NCBI GenBank assembly: GCA_964016885.1
Contig: OZ024758.1
Span: 31,248,001 to 31,312,000 of the forward strand
Length of the DNA: 64,000 nt
Direction: 5' to 3'
Source of the DNA: Eledone cirrhosa
Taxonomy: Eukaryota
In this document: positions 39,873 to 54,225 of the stretch, piece after piece
Layout: each line of letters starts with the position of its first letter
Numbering within the stretch: position 1 is the first letter of the stretch
Notes under the pieces: generated by a model
The model's database searches: none
What the model was told of the DNA's origin: nothing
Seen by the model: the letters and a program-made list of their open reading frames with translations, nothing else
Position numbers and translations under genes: made by a program

Positions 39873-40042
39873 CATATATACATATACATATGTATATATA
39901 TGTATGTATTTATATATATATGTATATATATATGTATATATATATGTATATATATATGTATATATATAAGTATATATATATGTATATATGTATATATATG
40001 TATATATATATATATATATATATACATACATATATATATACT

Positions 40043-40074
<32 letters not shown>

Positions 40075-40314
40075 CATATATACATATATATATACTTATA
40101 TATATACTTATATATATACATATATATATATACATATATATATACATATATATATACATATATATATAAATACATACATATATATACATATATATACATA
40201 TATACATATATATATACTTATATATATACATATATATATACATATATATATACATATATATATACATATATATATAAATACATACATATATATACATATG
40301 TATATGTATATATG

Positions 40315-40345
<31 letters not shown>

Positions 40346-40403
40346 GTATGTATATATATACATATATATATACATATATATATACATACATATATATATA
40401 TAT

Positions 40404-40976
40404 ATTGGCTGCCAACTCGTTTTCGAGTACGGCCACTACTTTATATCCATGTAGGAGAACCCCTACCGATGCGCTGAACGAGTGTGACTTTTTAGTCCAG
40501 CCAGCGACTTGAAAACTATGGTACAAACACTACACTTGTGACAATTATTGACACATAGTGCTGGGCCCATGGTACCATGTGACGACAAGTGCAGAGAGAT
40601 CTCCAGATATAAAGCAATGCCTGTTCCGTGAAGCTTTTATAGTGAGCAAAGGCACTGCACAAAGCCAGTCCCACTCTCTTAACCAAGATGATATTTACCA
40701 AAAAGAAGAACAAGTCAACATCATTGGATACCATCAGGGTTGCAGGTGTTATATCAGAGTTTTCCTTCTCATAGAATTCTGCCTTGACAAAGGCTAAGGG
40801 GTCATCTCTCCCGGTGATTTTGGATGGCCATTGACTCTTAAGAGCTCCTTTGCCCTTTGACAGGTTTTGTTTTTAGTCCTGCAGGATGTCCAAAGTCACC
40901 CTCCTCACCAAGAAACCCTGGTGGGGTTGCCAGTTTAGTCGCCAACGACTCGACCATGAGACAGATTGTACTGGGA
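40404..40976 (-). mobile_element. RTE-derived non-autonomous element, nearly full length
   Basis: Near-identical to 21813-22386. Confidence 0.9.
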
Positions 40977-41109
40977 TATATATATATATATGTATACATA
41001 TATACATATATACATATATATATATACATATATACATATATACATATATAAATATATACATATATATATACATATATATATATACATATATATATATACA
41101 TATATATAT

Positions 41110-41140
<31 letters not shown>

Positions 41141-41177
41141 TACATATATATACATATATACATATACATATATATAT

Positions 41178-41208
<31 letters not shown>

Positions 41209-41917
41209 TACATATATATACATATATACATATATACATATATATATATACATATATACATATATACATATATAAATATACATATATACATATACATATA
41301 TATATATATACATGTATATATATATATATGTATATGTATATATGTATATATATATGTATATTTATATATATGTATATATGTATATATGTATATATGTATA
41401 CATGTATATATATATGTATATATGTATATATATATTTATATATGTATATATGTATATATATGTATATATATATATATGTATATATGTATATATATATATA
41501 TGTATATATATATGTATATATGTATATATGTATATACATATATATGTATATATGTATATACATATATATATATATACATATATATAGATATACATATATA
41601 TATACATATATATATATATACATATATATATACATATATATATATATACATATATATATACATATATATATATACATATATATATATACATATATATATA
41701 TAAAGTATACATATATGTATGTACGTATACATACTTACATTAAGTATCAGCCGTACTAAGTGTGAGAAATAAAATTTCGTTTCATTTTTTCCGTTTATCG
41801 TTATCGGTACACCCGGCCGACTAACTCACTCGATATGCAAATTAGGCTGCTCAGCCGTTAATATGCTTAAGGAAAGTATATACTTTCAAACGTTCAATCA
41901 TCTTACAGGAAGGTATA

Positions 41918-41958
41918 CGATGCTGACGATAGCTAATAAGCTTGAAACTAGTACATCG
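41918..41958 (+). ncRNA. Minimal type-I hammerhead motif in a microsatellite-flanked island (~41740-42075)
   Basis: CGATG-CTGACGA-TAGCT AATA AGCTT-GAAA-CTAG-TA-CATCG. Confidence 0.82.
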
Positions 41959-42342
41959 ATCCTGTGTCAGTGTTGAACAAATGAGCAACGATGGTTGCTA
42001 GACACTACGGCTTAATTCGGGCTGTTTGTTTACAAACAAACCGAGCATTATAATAAATGTTCGGTAAACCCATACGTACATATATATATATGTGTGCATG
42101 TATCTATGTATATACATACTACTGTACGTCTGTATACATGTATGTATGTACGTATACATTTCTTACATATATATACATATACATATATATATATATATAC
42201 ATCTGATCCCGTGAGGTGGAGTGGCTATCTTAGCGCAACTCTCTTGCCATGTTCAGGGTCTATGTCTTCTCCATCGGCCGGGACCATGACGCGGACTGAC
42301 CCTTAACCTTCATTTATGGTGGTGGGTTGCATTGTATTATAT

Positions 42343-42568
42343 CCTTCTCATAGAATTCTGCCTTGACAAAGGCTAAGGGGTCATCTCTCCCGGTGATTTT
42401 GGATGACCATTGACTCTTAAGAGCTCCTTTGCCCTTTGACAGGTTTTGTTTTTAGTCCTGCAGGATGTCCAAAGTCACCCTCCTCACCAAGAAACCTTGG
42501 TGGGGTTGCCAGTTTAGTCGCCAGCGAACCAACCATGGGACACCAGTAGCACCAACTGGTGACCTGAC
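42343..42568 (-). mobile_element. 5' part of the RTE-derived element
   Basis: Matches 22171-22419 with a short deletion. Confidence 0.85.
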
Positions 42569-42649
42569 ATAAATATATATATATATATATATATATACAC
42601 ACTTAAATATATTTTTGTTCATATATATATATGTGTATGTTCATACATA

Positions 42650-42743
<94 letters not shown>

Positions 42744-42927
42744 TACACACACACATGTGTATATACACACACATGTATAATATACACATACACACACACA
42801 CATATATACACATACACATATATATATAAATATACAGATGCATATATATGTATAATGTGTGTGGAGGGAGGGGGTGAATTTATGTTGATTTCTGAAACTT
42901 CATATATCTTCGAAATATAATAATAAT

Positions 42928-43118
42928 AATTGTTTCTACTTTTGGCACAAGGCCAGCAATTAACTCAGTACATTACTGGTACTTTATTTTATTGACCCCG
43001 TAAGGATGAAAGGCAAAGTTAACCTCAGCGGGATTTGAACTCAGAATGGCAAGGGCCGTAACTCTATTCGTCAAAGCATGGTGTTCGCTCCTCTACCGAT
43101 ACTGCCAATCCACCGCCC
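42928..43118 (-). mobile_element. SINE family A, full length
   Basis: rc of the 16551 copy. Confidence 0.9.
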
Positions 43119-44220
43119 TATATAATAATAATAATAATAATATCACATTTACTTTATCGATGTATGAATGCACATATGTAAAATCCCATAAAAGCATGTC
43201 CACCTAAAGAGATATAAATATACATATTCAGAAAGAGAAATACATACTTCTATACGTCTGTAAGCAATATACATTGAGAAATATGAACAAAAATATATTT
43301 AAGTATGTTTGGAGGAATATTTTACTTCTTTATAAATTCATCTTTCATGCCTATATAGTTTAAATAACACACAGAAATACATACATACGTGTGCCTCTGT
43401 ATAGGTATCTACATATATAGACGTGTGTGTGTACGCGCGCTTTTCCTTCCTAGATTTATACATGCATCTATATCCACATGCATTTATATAAACATAAATA
43501 TACATACGTATTTATAGAAACAATCTTCAACGCAATATTTATCTCTTCTTTTATCATCATTATTATCGGTACCAACAGCAGCAACAACGGCTGAATTAAA
43601 TCTATCCTATCATTTTTACTTCCTTCAATTTAACGCGCAATTTCTATTTTGACATCTTTTCCTCTCTGAGAAGCTTATCTTTCAAAAATATATATGTATG
43701 GAAACTAAAAGCATAAAAATTTCAATTTCTCGAAATAAACCACTTTGTATTTTGATTGGGGTAAATCTTTTACTCTCAAAAGTGAAGGCTAACGCTACTT
43801 TTAGGAGATAATTTCTAGTTTTATGCCCAAGAGAATAATATTGTAGCTACTTTTAGGAGATGTCATCTTCTCTATTATAATGGATACAGATACTCTGCAA
43901 AATTATATAGAAAGCAACTATTCTTTTGTTTTATTTTCTAAAGAATTTTATTATTAATACTGAAAAAAAACTGTTGTTACTTATAAGAATTGGGTTTCTG
44001 TTATGCTGAAACACTGAATGGAAGTAGATATATCTGGACAACACATATTGTAGCCAACCTGCAAGAAAGTAAGATACATACAGCTGTCTATTGATTTTAA
44101 CGACCTGTAACAAACACGTAGGTCTATTCTGCAGCTTCCAATAAAATAATGTACAGACCCACCCAGACTATGAATCTCGTTTATTGGTATTAACCATTGA
44201 AACTGGCAATTTAACTAACA

Positions 44221-44405
44221 GGCGGTGGATTGGCTGTATCGGTAGAGCGTCGGACGCCATGCTTTGCAGCATAGAGTTACGGCCCTTTACAGTCTGAGTT
44301 CAAATAATGTACCATTCTGAGTAAAATAAAGTCCCATTCAAGGACTGGGGTCGATTTAATTGACTTTCCCCTCCCAGAAAATGGCTGACCTTGTGCCTCT
44401 AAATC
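44221..44405 (+). mobile_element. SINE family A variant, internally deleted
   Basis: GGCGGTGGATTGGC..GAGTTCAAAT..ACTGGGGTCGATTTAATTGAC..CCTTGTGCC. Confidence 0.85.
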
Positions 44406-44749
44406 AATTGTCAGGTGTCAACAGTTTCACTTACTATCGGAATATCTGATAAACTTTACTCGTGTTAACGAATCAACAGCAGTGAGAAGAAAGAATACGT
44501 AAGAAAACCAGACAAGTTGAGGAGAGGAACATAGTCAAAGACGCCGGCCTGCTTGTAAAAGGAGCACCGGCTAAAGCACTTCTCAGACTGGGGTGTAGTG
44601 ACTGCCCCCTCTCCCTTTCTTTCGTTGCTTAATACTTCTTTTCTTTCCTTTTGTTTTCCTTTTCATTTTTTTTTATCCTTTTCTATTCCCTTTAATAGAA
44701 TGTTTTGTTTTTCTTAGATGCTGCTCAATATTGACTAGTGCTTTACACT

Positions 44750-44992
44750 GTGGAGTAGTGATCATAATGTTGTGGGTTCGATTCCTGGGCTGGGTTACGT
44801 GTTGTGCTCTTGAGCAAAACACATAACCCAGCCCAGTCAGCTGTAAATGAGTACCAGCAATAGTTGGGGGGTTTAGCCCTGCGATGGACTAGCTTCCTGT
44901 CCAGGGGGAGTATTGTATTCTCTGTCGCTTCATGCCATGAAACCGGGATAAACACTGACCTAACCAGCCTTCTGGCTTAAAACAGACATTAC
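44750..44992 (+). mobile_element. tRNA-derived SINE family C
   Basis: B-box GGTTCGATTCC, CTTGAGCAAAACAC, AAATGAGTACCAGC, CCTGCGATGGACTAGC..GAAACCGGGATAA. Confidence 0.8.
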
Positions 44993-46883
44993 ATAGAGTA
45001 ATAAATCCAACGGCTTCTTAAATTAAAAATAAAACACCTATCATGCCTGTGTATAACTCTAAAAAGTGTAGTAGAAACTGCAGAGTGAGGACTGCAGAGT
45101 GAGGGCTTCAGAGAGCATACACTCAAGGCACAGGTAATGATGAAGTTCTCTGATTTTTTTTACCTCTGTGCGGCACTTTAAACATGTTTCTAGTGTAACT
45201 GCTTAAAATAATTCATTTAAATGTATAATAACTATAATTAAACAAATAACTGGTTAAGTACATTAACTAACTAAATAGATGAGTACATAATTAAATGATA
45301 GATTAAGTAAATAGACAGTTATTTGTGTGTATTTCTTTTAAGAAATTCAGAATTTATTTCACAAAATTCACTGAATAGGAAAATCTGATCTTTGCAAGCT
45401 TTGTATATATATTGGCAGGGAGTTTATATTTTATAATATCCTCAATACATGGGCTTTACTCACAAAGTTGGCTTAAAAACCATTGATAATTACATAGATA
45501 TGAAAAAGAAAGATAAATACAAAATTAAGTAATGAGAAAAAGGGGAAGAGATAAAGGGCAGATCTGGCTGTGTGGAAAGTAGAGGAAAGGGTTATATATG
45601 CTATAAATGAGAGGAAAGGGAGGGAAAAGCAAGGAGTCGTGGGCCACAGAAAAAAAGGGGAAAGAGAAATGGGTATGGGTGATGGGCCTAGGTCGGGGTG
45701 ACGTTTAGGATTTGGTCAATAATTAAGAATCGATTTTAAAATTATACGAGATAGAATATGGATTATATATTAAGGCAATATGGTATAGGGATATATAATA
45801 GAGATACAGCAAAACAAGCAGCGGATGTGGAATAAGGGGAAGTATATGGTACTCTTGGTGTTACATGATACAGAATGTTACATAGTAAAGAATTAAGTTT
45901 CGGATTTAGTAATCAACTGTCAATTTATCACTATTGGCAACCGCAGTATTCGTGTTGTGTTCATAGTGTAGACACATTCTACCTATTGGGAGATTTACAA
46001 CTTTATTCATGGTGCTGTCTCATGCTAACATAAATGAATATTGCAGAAACATTTCTTTGAGGGTTTCTTTAATTAGGTTATTAAAAATTGGCATTTACAT
46101 TTTATGTAAATTATTTTCATGTTTATTTAAATGTGATTAAGAATCTATATTTAGCCGAGACCATCGTAACATTGTTATTACATGTGTACTAGGTTTCGTC
46201 GTAAACCAGTGGTTTCCTTTTATAAAACCTATATTCTTGTAACTGTATTCTCAACTCATAAAAAATGCATAATTTTGTTTGATATTATTCATCACATTTG
46301 TTGATATAATTATTACTAATTAGAAATGCAGCCATTTTGAATCTGACTTTTAAATAACTTATCCGAAGCAATTAATTTATTCGATCGATGTATTAAACAT
46401 TATAATTAGTCTTTATTGATAAATTGAAATTTTCACACACGTATGTAATACTTTTGAGTACGAAGAATTCTTTATAAATTGCTTTTATCTTTGAAAACAG
46501 CCTCAATTAATACGTTGGATGTTTCTTATTTTATTATATTTTCATTACATCATTTCTTTGCAGTGTTTACATCATATTGCCATTATGTTTTGTTGTTTCT
46601 GCTAAATATTTAAAGCTTATGTCTTTATGTATAGAAGTTACAGAAAACGACGTATTAGTTTCGGAATTAATTTCATAAAATAGGTTCACATTAATATATA
46701 ATTATATTGCGGAGGGTAATTTAAATATATATTAAATGTTGTCGTTTAAGTATACTGGGAGTTGAATATGATATTTAACACTAATTTATTTAATATCGAT
46801 ACTTATATACATGCATACTGGAAATATGAGTATGCTAAAATGTACTGATATATTAAATATAAATACATAATCTTGCTCTAAAT

Positions 46884-47395
46884 CAGAGGTTCTCAAAGTC
46901 AGCGATACCGCCTCCGAGAGGAGAACGTTGAAACATTCCAGGGGGAGGGCGCTGCGACCTAAGTCGGTAGAGATGATATAATAGTATATTAAATATCAAA
47001 TGATACATATTATATATAAATATCGTAAAATAAAAAATATATAATATTTATTTATACATAGTATATATTATATTATTTATTATATATTATTTACAATTTG
47101 CGTTGTGGATTGGCAGTATCGGTAGAGGGTCGGACACCATGCTTTGCAGGAAAGAGTTACGGCCCTTTATGGTCTGAGTTCAAATCCCGCCGAGGTTAAC
47201 TTTGCCTTTCATCCTTACGGGGGCGATAAAATAAAGTACCAGTAATGCACTGGGTATTTGTTGGCCTTGTGCCAAAAGTAGAAACAATTATTTACAATTT
47301 GCGTGTAAGCAGGTCTCTCTCGAAATAGGGGTGGGGGAGGGGAGGGTATTACGTGGCCGTGAGGGGGAATCGCCCAAAATGTTTGAGAACCTCTG
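46884..47395. mobile_element. hAT Charlie-type MITE with nested SINE
   Basis: TIRs CAGAGGTTCTCAAA / TTTGAGAACCTCTG; 8-bp TSD CTCTAAAT (46876-46883, 47396-47403). Confidence 0.92.
47104..47286 (+). mobile_element. SINE family A, 18-bp TSD
   Basis: ATTATTTACAATTTGCGT at 47086-47103 and 47287-47304. Confidence 0.92.
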
Positions 47396-47754
47396 CTCTA
47401 AATGAAACACAGGATATACTCCCAGTTCTAAGCAGCACAGTCTTAAATATAATAATGTTGATCTGTAGTACAGTAACAATATTGATCTCTCGCAGGAAAG
47501 GCTATATTTTGTTATGTAACAAACAGGCTGTAGTTCTGCCTTCGACTGAGTTATAAGACGTAAACAAATCATAGCTACATAGAAAATGCTATTCAATTAT
47601 TTCACACATAAATAAGCTAATTTACTCACACATGACTGAAAAGTGTAAATATCTACTAATACATACCGAAGCTGAAAAGTTCAGTATTCTGAAGTATTTT
47701 TTTCTTACTCTTAATAAATATATATAATCTTCTTTGAGAATTGAAACTTTGAGT

Positions 47755-48265
47755 GCTGTGGTTTAACGAATCTTGAATCGCTTTTTCTGTTAATGTATCA
47801 ACTGTGAATGTGTCACCAGCCATTTCTACGTTCAAATCTCGTCGAGGTCAAGTTTGTTATTTATACCTCTAAATCGTTAAAATGAAGTACGAATCAAGTA
47901 CTGGATCGATTTGACCGAATGGACGCCACCTTTCCACAAATCGAGACTTTGCGACTAAAGTAGAAATCAATATTACAATATTGCCTCAGTATCACAGGTC
48001 AAAACTTTTATATTTAATACTGCAAGATTTTAATTGTACCACAATTCAACTTGCACACCAGCTCCAACACATGTATAAACTGGCGAACAGTATAGTCAAA
48101 GTCTTCATGATAAGAAATAAAATAGTAAGGAAACTGAACGCTGCTGAAATGAGATTCATCCTTACGTGGTCGATAAAGAAAGTACCAGTCATGCATTGGG
48201 GTCAATGTAATCGACTTTCCCCTCCCCCAACATTGCTGGCCTTGTGTCTGAATCAGAAATTATTA
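47755..48265 (+). mobile_element. Two diverged SINE A-like copies (~47755-47970, ~48130-48265)
   Basis: GTTCAAATCTCGTCGAGGTCAA; CATCCTTACGTGGTCGATAAAG..GGCCTTGTG. Confidence 0.7.
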
Positions 48266-48870
48266 AATCCTACCCTAAAAAATATTCATAATCATTTCAC
48301 TATTAAATGATACCTACTTCAAACGCTTATATCATTCATCCCTCAATATATGTACACTTGTTCACCAAGAAAAGGTCTATATAGGAAACAAGGCTTTAAT
48401 TCAAAGCTTCATCAACTAATAAATTATATATTTCAATATCCATTTTTACTGGAATAATCTCACGTTAAACTTTACTAAACTCTTTGAAACGACTCAAATC
48501 TCACTCAAAGAAAGATTTATTTTTGGTTAAGGGATCCAAATAGAAATAACGAATCTAACGAGTACCAATGTTTTGGATTAGACGCCAATAATTGACAAGG
48601 ATTCCCGCTTTTACTATTGGAAGTTTTAGCTTTAAATCTGGTAAACTCGCTATACCACTCTTGTTTTGTAGTAAACAACAACAGCGAGATTGGAAGATGA
48701 AATAACTAACAATCGACGAATGGCTTAGTTTGGTGTCATTACTGTGGCTAGAGTGCATTCACTCACACCACAATGAATAAATGACTACGGCCATATATAT
48801 TATTTCATTTAGTAATTTTTCTCTCAAATAATATGGCATGTAAATTTATCCATTGTGATTTTTCTAAGTG

Positions 48871-48985
48871 CATTATCAAAAGACAAATACACATCTTCAG
48901 TATACACCATTATCAAAAGACAAATACACATCTTCAGTATACACCATTATCAAAAGACAAGTACACATCTTCAGTATACACCATT
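48871..48985 (+). repeat. 37-bp tandem repeat x3
   Basis: CATTATCAAAAGACAAATACACATCTTCAGTATACAC repeated with no spacers. Confidence 0.93.
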
Positions 48986-49242
48986 AGTAAAATTAGATTC
49001 AGATCATAATAATCAGATTATAGCTTTAGATCCTCTCGATGGAAATAACAGCTTTTTTTTCTCTTATAATTATTGTTGCTCCTTGATGGTGATGTGATTA
49101 ACATTGATGCTGCTTATATAGCTGTTGTCTTCATCGTAGTTATTACTGTTGCTCTGTACATAATATACATAATGCATATATATATATATAGTATTTGTTT
49201 ATGTTCATACACGGAACAAATATATATGAGTATATATTAATA

Positions 49243-49281
49243 AAGAGAGAGAGAATGTGTGTGTGAGAGAGAGAGAGAATA

Positions 49282-49379
<98 letters not shown>

Positions 49380-49431
49380 TGTGTGTGTGAGAGAGAGAGA
49401 ATATGTGTGTGTGAGAGAGAGAGAGAGAATA

Positions 49432-49504
<73 letters not shown>

Positions 49505-49533
49505 ATATGTGTGTGTGTGAGAGAGAGAGAATA

Positions 49534-49567
<34 letters not shown>

Positions 49568-49569
49568 TA

Positions 49570-49600
<31 letters not shown>

Positions 49601-49629
49601 ATATGTGTGTGAGAGAGAGAGAGAGAATA

Positions 49630-49663
<34 letters not shown>

Positions 49664-49665
49664 TA

Positions 49666-49696
<31 letters not shown>

Positions 49697-49758
49697 ATAT
49701 GTGTGTGTGTGAGAGAGAGAGAATATGTGTGTGTGAGAGAGAGAGAGAATAATGTGTG
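49243..49758. repeat. Higher-order compound microsatellite [(GA)n-(A/G)TAT-(GT)n]
   Basis: Directly visible, about 15 units. Confidence 0.93.
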
Positions 49759-49865
49759 TTCTAAAATATAGAAATGGTTTTAGGAAAACTTTCGCTAAAG
49801 CTAAGTACATTATTAGTATTATTGCTGCAGTTGTTATCGTTGTTATCTTTCCCATATATAATTGG

Positions 49866-50072
49866 ATTGGTAGAATTGGTGTAGCGTGGGACAAATGTTT
49901 AGCTGTATGAGTTCCCGCTCTTTACAGTCTGAGTTCAAATCCCACCGAGGGCAATTTCGCTTTTCACCCTTCCGGGGTCGATAATATAAAGTACCAGTCA
50001 AGTATTGGGGTCGATTTAATCGATTCTCACCTCTCGCTTCAGATTGCAGACCTTGTGTCTAAATTAGAAAAC
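49866..50072 (+). mobile_element. SINE family A variant
   Basis: GAGTTCAAATCCCACCGAGG..GGGGTCGATAATATAAAGTACCAG. Confidence 0.85.
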
Positions 50073-50822
50073 ATTATAAGGTTGTCTTTATAAATGCTTC
50101 TCTGGTGGTCTACAGTTTTATAAGGTGTATGCAGTGTAACGGGTTTTCATGATTATTTATTACCATTTCATAATTTTAGCGACTTCATTCTACGAACTAA
50201 TACTAATATTGTATGTTCGTTGATCCGAGATTTTAGCCAGTTCAAAATCAAAGTATTTGCGATTTGAAATTAATTCTACTTCTTTGCTGGTAATATTTTG
50301 TGCACTGTTTATTGAGATGACTATAAATGTACCGTGTTTATCCATTTTGTTTATAATTGTTGATAATGATGGCAAGGAACTTCTTTTGATTTATTTATTA
50401 GTTTGCACTAACATCTCTTAGAATATTGTAGATCTATTATTTTTAGTGAATGTTTAAACCACTCATTTTCCGCTCTGAAAAGAATTAATTAATGCATTGT
50501 TCAATCATTCCTCTTAAAATGTTAAGTCTTTGTCAGAATTTGGCAAGTAAAGATCAGATTCTTTATTGTCTTTTGATGTTAAATATACTTTTCTGAAATT
50601 ACACTAACCTCTTAGTTTAGCATTTTATTTCCGTTGCAAGATATATTGCCAGTGAACCATTTTATTTCGCTTCAAAGGAGTTAATAAATGTATCTGTATG
50701 TTTAGTTGTCGTGAAGATTGGAAAAATGTTTGACTTTTCGAAGATAAGCTGACTAAGGTTCTACATTCCTTTAGCAACTAAATGTATTGACATTTACGGA
50801 CTCTCTAGGATTTACAGTTATG

Positions 50823-51155
50823 AAGGCGCATGTCTTTGTGGTTAGGCTATTCAGTTCAAGAACGTAAGGCCGTGAGTTCGTTTCCCGGTGTCACGCTGTG
50901 TCCTTGAGCAAGACACTTTATTTCACGTTGCTCCAGTTCACTCAGCTGTCAAAAATGAATTGTACCTGTAATTTTAAGGGCCAACTTTGTCACATTCTGT
51001 ATCACGCTGAATCTCCCTGATAACTACGTAATGGGTATGCATGTTTGTGGAATGCTCAGCCACTTGCACGTTAATTTCACGTGCATACTGTTCTGCTGAT
51101 CATTTCAATTGGAACACTCATCGTGGTAACTGACGGAATGCCGCTACTACTACTA
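50823..51155 (+). mobile_element. SINE family B, full length, (CTA)n tail, ~16-bp TSD
   Basis: CTAGGATTTACA(G/C)TTA at 50805-50820 and 51156-51171. Confidence 0.9.
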
Positions 51156-51334
51156 CTAGGATTTACACTTATCATTATTGCTGACGTTAACCATTACCGG
51201 AGTTCTCGAATTATTCATAATTGCAATCTCTAGTTATATTCAATAACCAAAAGACCAATAGGCTTCGCCAGACTGACTCAAAGTTCACGCAGTACAGAAA
51301 ATCAAAGCATTTACTGACGTCTCGGCAACTCATG

Positions 51335-51860
51335 GATGATATGTTGTTAGATAGTTCCGGTTCTTTCAATCAAGCCTGTTCAAGAAATTAACATGCAACT
51401 GACTGAGCATTTCACTGAAACATGAATACTTAACATAGTTCTCGTGGATATTCAGCATGACACGGTGCGTGACAAAGGCGGCCACGTGAATTACAGGTAC
51501 GAATCAGTCCAGGAATCGAACTCATGACTCTGTGATCGTGAGTCCAACACATGAAGCACTAAACCCCGCTCCTTCACCATAGTTGATATGTATGGTCCCA
51601 TAACTCCTGACAGAGTCGTAGGGGCGCCATATTGACATATGGCGTTTCTTAGACACTTTAAGTCTGGTGTAGCCCATCCCTCTGCAGGCCTGAGTACAGC
51701 AGATTTCTTCCAGAGAGGAAGAATCGACACCAGTACTAGACTGCTACTTTTTTTATCGCCCTCGAAAGGATGAAAGACAAAGTTGACCACGACGAGATTT
51801 GAACTCAGAGAGCCGGAACCCTAAAGCCTTCTATCCGACGTTCTAACGACCAATTCACTA
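51335..51860 (-). mobile_element. Diverged SINE B (~51335-51580) and SINE A (~51700-51860) copies
   Basis: GGAATCGAACTC, AAATTAACATGCAA; GGATGAAAGACAAAGTTGACC..TTTGAACTCAGA. Confidence 0.7.
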
Positions 51861-53024
51861 TCTATAGATGGTACACAATTACAATAAAATACTCTCTCTT
51901 TTTAGTTCAAAGTTCGTGAGTTATTATCGGCCTTTCAAACTTGTTTCACTCTCTTCAATCTAGATGTGTTCACTATTTAGTGACTTGGTCACAGGGTTAT
52001 TTACTTCAGTAAACACCACTGCAACCAACCACTAATTTAATTAGATACCAGATATTTTGTGTATTTGCGCTCGTGTGTGAACAGTTCAAGAGCCTGTCGC
52101 CAAAAAAAGATTGCTCTTTGCTCCTTCCTTTATAATTCCTAGAACGGAAGTTCAAGGAATACTCTAGAATTCTACGGGAAGTAACTCTACAACTCTAGTT
52201 GTAGCGCTCTAGTGAGCGCTACAACTATTTCAACATAGCACTAATTAAATTCACCCTCGAATTTTAGCTGTACATACCTCAAAGATTTTCAAGACAATGA
52301 ATGATTATAATATGAAATATAATCTGCACGTGGCCTAGTGGTAAGTGTCGTGGGTTCGATTCCTGGACTGGGTTGTGTGTTGTGTTCTTGAGCAAGATAC
52401 TTCATTTCACCTTTCCTGGGAATGTCATGGCCTACTCTAGGATGAGCGGCTTTGTAGGAGGACAGTCAGCAATTGACTGAAATATGAGGGGAACTTGTAG
52501 ATAATTCTCCCTAGTGTCAGAAATATTGAATTCCGCCTGTCTCGGGACAAAAATGAATGGTTCTGTATATACCACCCTTTAAAGTGACTTACATGAAGGA
52601 CCGTATAGTTCCTTTAGATGTCATCTGGTAAGTCGAAGGTAGGTCTATATACTAGGTCTTGGGGAGGCAATGGCTCTTTAGTGGGCAAGAGGCTCGATCT
52701 CGGAGTGTTGTCAGTGAAGATGTATTTTCGGTTGTGGCTTACAAGAGGGAGGGGGTGATTTTATCTCGACAGGAATAGTTAGCCCTAATATTATGTGCAT
52801 GTGTACAAAACACACTGTATAGTGGTTATGGTGGTGCATTCAGACGTAGCACTTTGAAATCGGAATATGTAGGTGGGATAGGATTTCTGAGAGGTAACGA
52901 TGATAAAATGATTCTCAGAGAATGTCAAACAATAGATACATTGAAATCAAGAACGCAGTTTTCTAGTCACGTGCCTTGTTCTTCCATTACTTTCTCCAAG
53001 ACCCAGTTGATTTGTTAGTGATAA

Positions 53025-53235
53025 TAGTTTCTGATTAAGGCACAAGGCCAACCATTTTGGGAGAGGAGAAAGTCGATTAAATCGACCCCTAGTATGACTG
53101 GTTCATTATTTTATCGACCCCGTAAGGATGAAAGGCAAAGTTAACCTCGGTGAGATTTGAACTCAGACGTAAAGGGTCGTAACTATGCTGCGAAGCATAT
53201 TTTCCGACGCTCTACCGATGCTGCCAATCTACCAT
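53025..53235 (-). mobile_element. SINE family A
   Basis: GGCACAAGGCC..ATCGACCCCGTAAGGATGAAAGGCAAAG..TTTGAACTCAGA. Confidence 0.88.
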
Positions 53236-53886
53236 ATTATATTAACTGATATATCATATTAAATGAAACTTTTAACGAAACACTTTTTAAAAGCATTGAA
53301 ATTCGGATTTAGAGCAGAGATAAGAAATATTCCGGCAAGCTAACTATAACAGGATAGCCATTTTTTAGAGCTAACTGTAGCCATTTAGAGCCAACTATAA
53401 CAGGATAGCCATTTTTTGTTGATGAATTTATCGAGATTGATATACCAGCTTGGCCTTATGCTTCGGTAGCGGCAACAAATAACAAAGAGAAAGTTATTTC
53501 CAGAGAACCTAATGATGTATATTATATCATTAAAATGTCTCACTTCACAGGAAGCTGTACATAATTAAGCGGTTTCAACGACATCTTTCAGAAATATCAT
53601 TAGCTCTGATTTACGAGGTTTTCGTGTTTGGTATATAATTATAATATGTTTATACAAACAACATGCAAAAATACACGTAAACACATAAATATACGCACAT
53701 ATAAACATGCTCACACATACATACATACATACATACATACATATGTATATATGTGTGTGCGTGTATGTGTATGCATGTGTATGTATGTGTGCTGTTTGTG
53801 CTTACGTTAAGAGGGAGATCAATTCATAGAGAGAGGGGAGGAGGGAGGTCGAAGAAAGGGAGAAGGGGAGAGAGAGATACAAAGAT

Positions 53887-53961
<75 letters not shown>

Positions 53962-54225
53962 TATTTCTTTTATTTGCCACTAGGGCATCAAAAGTGGGAC
54001 AAGTACAAAGGGGGGAGTTTACACAAAAAGGCGTCCTCAATAAGGAGAAGGCAATAACAAAATATAAAAATAAAATAAGATATAACAAAAAATAAAATTT
54101 TTAACAAAATCCTCAATAGAGAGGAGGCGCCTTGGGGGGTCGCACACACCCCCGAAAAAAGTGTGCAACCCTTCTCCTCAGGAGCACAGAGAAGGGGTGC
54201 TCCCTTGGTCTTTTATCTTCCTCAC

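Noticed and set aside
48871-48985. 37-bp repeats of CRISPR-like length
   Set aside because: Head-to-tail with no spacers, no cas genes, eukaryotic context.
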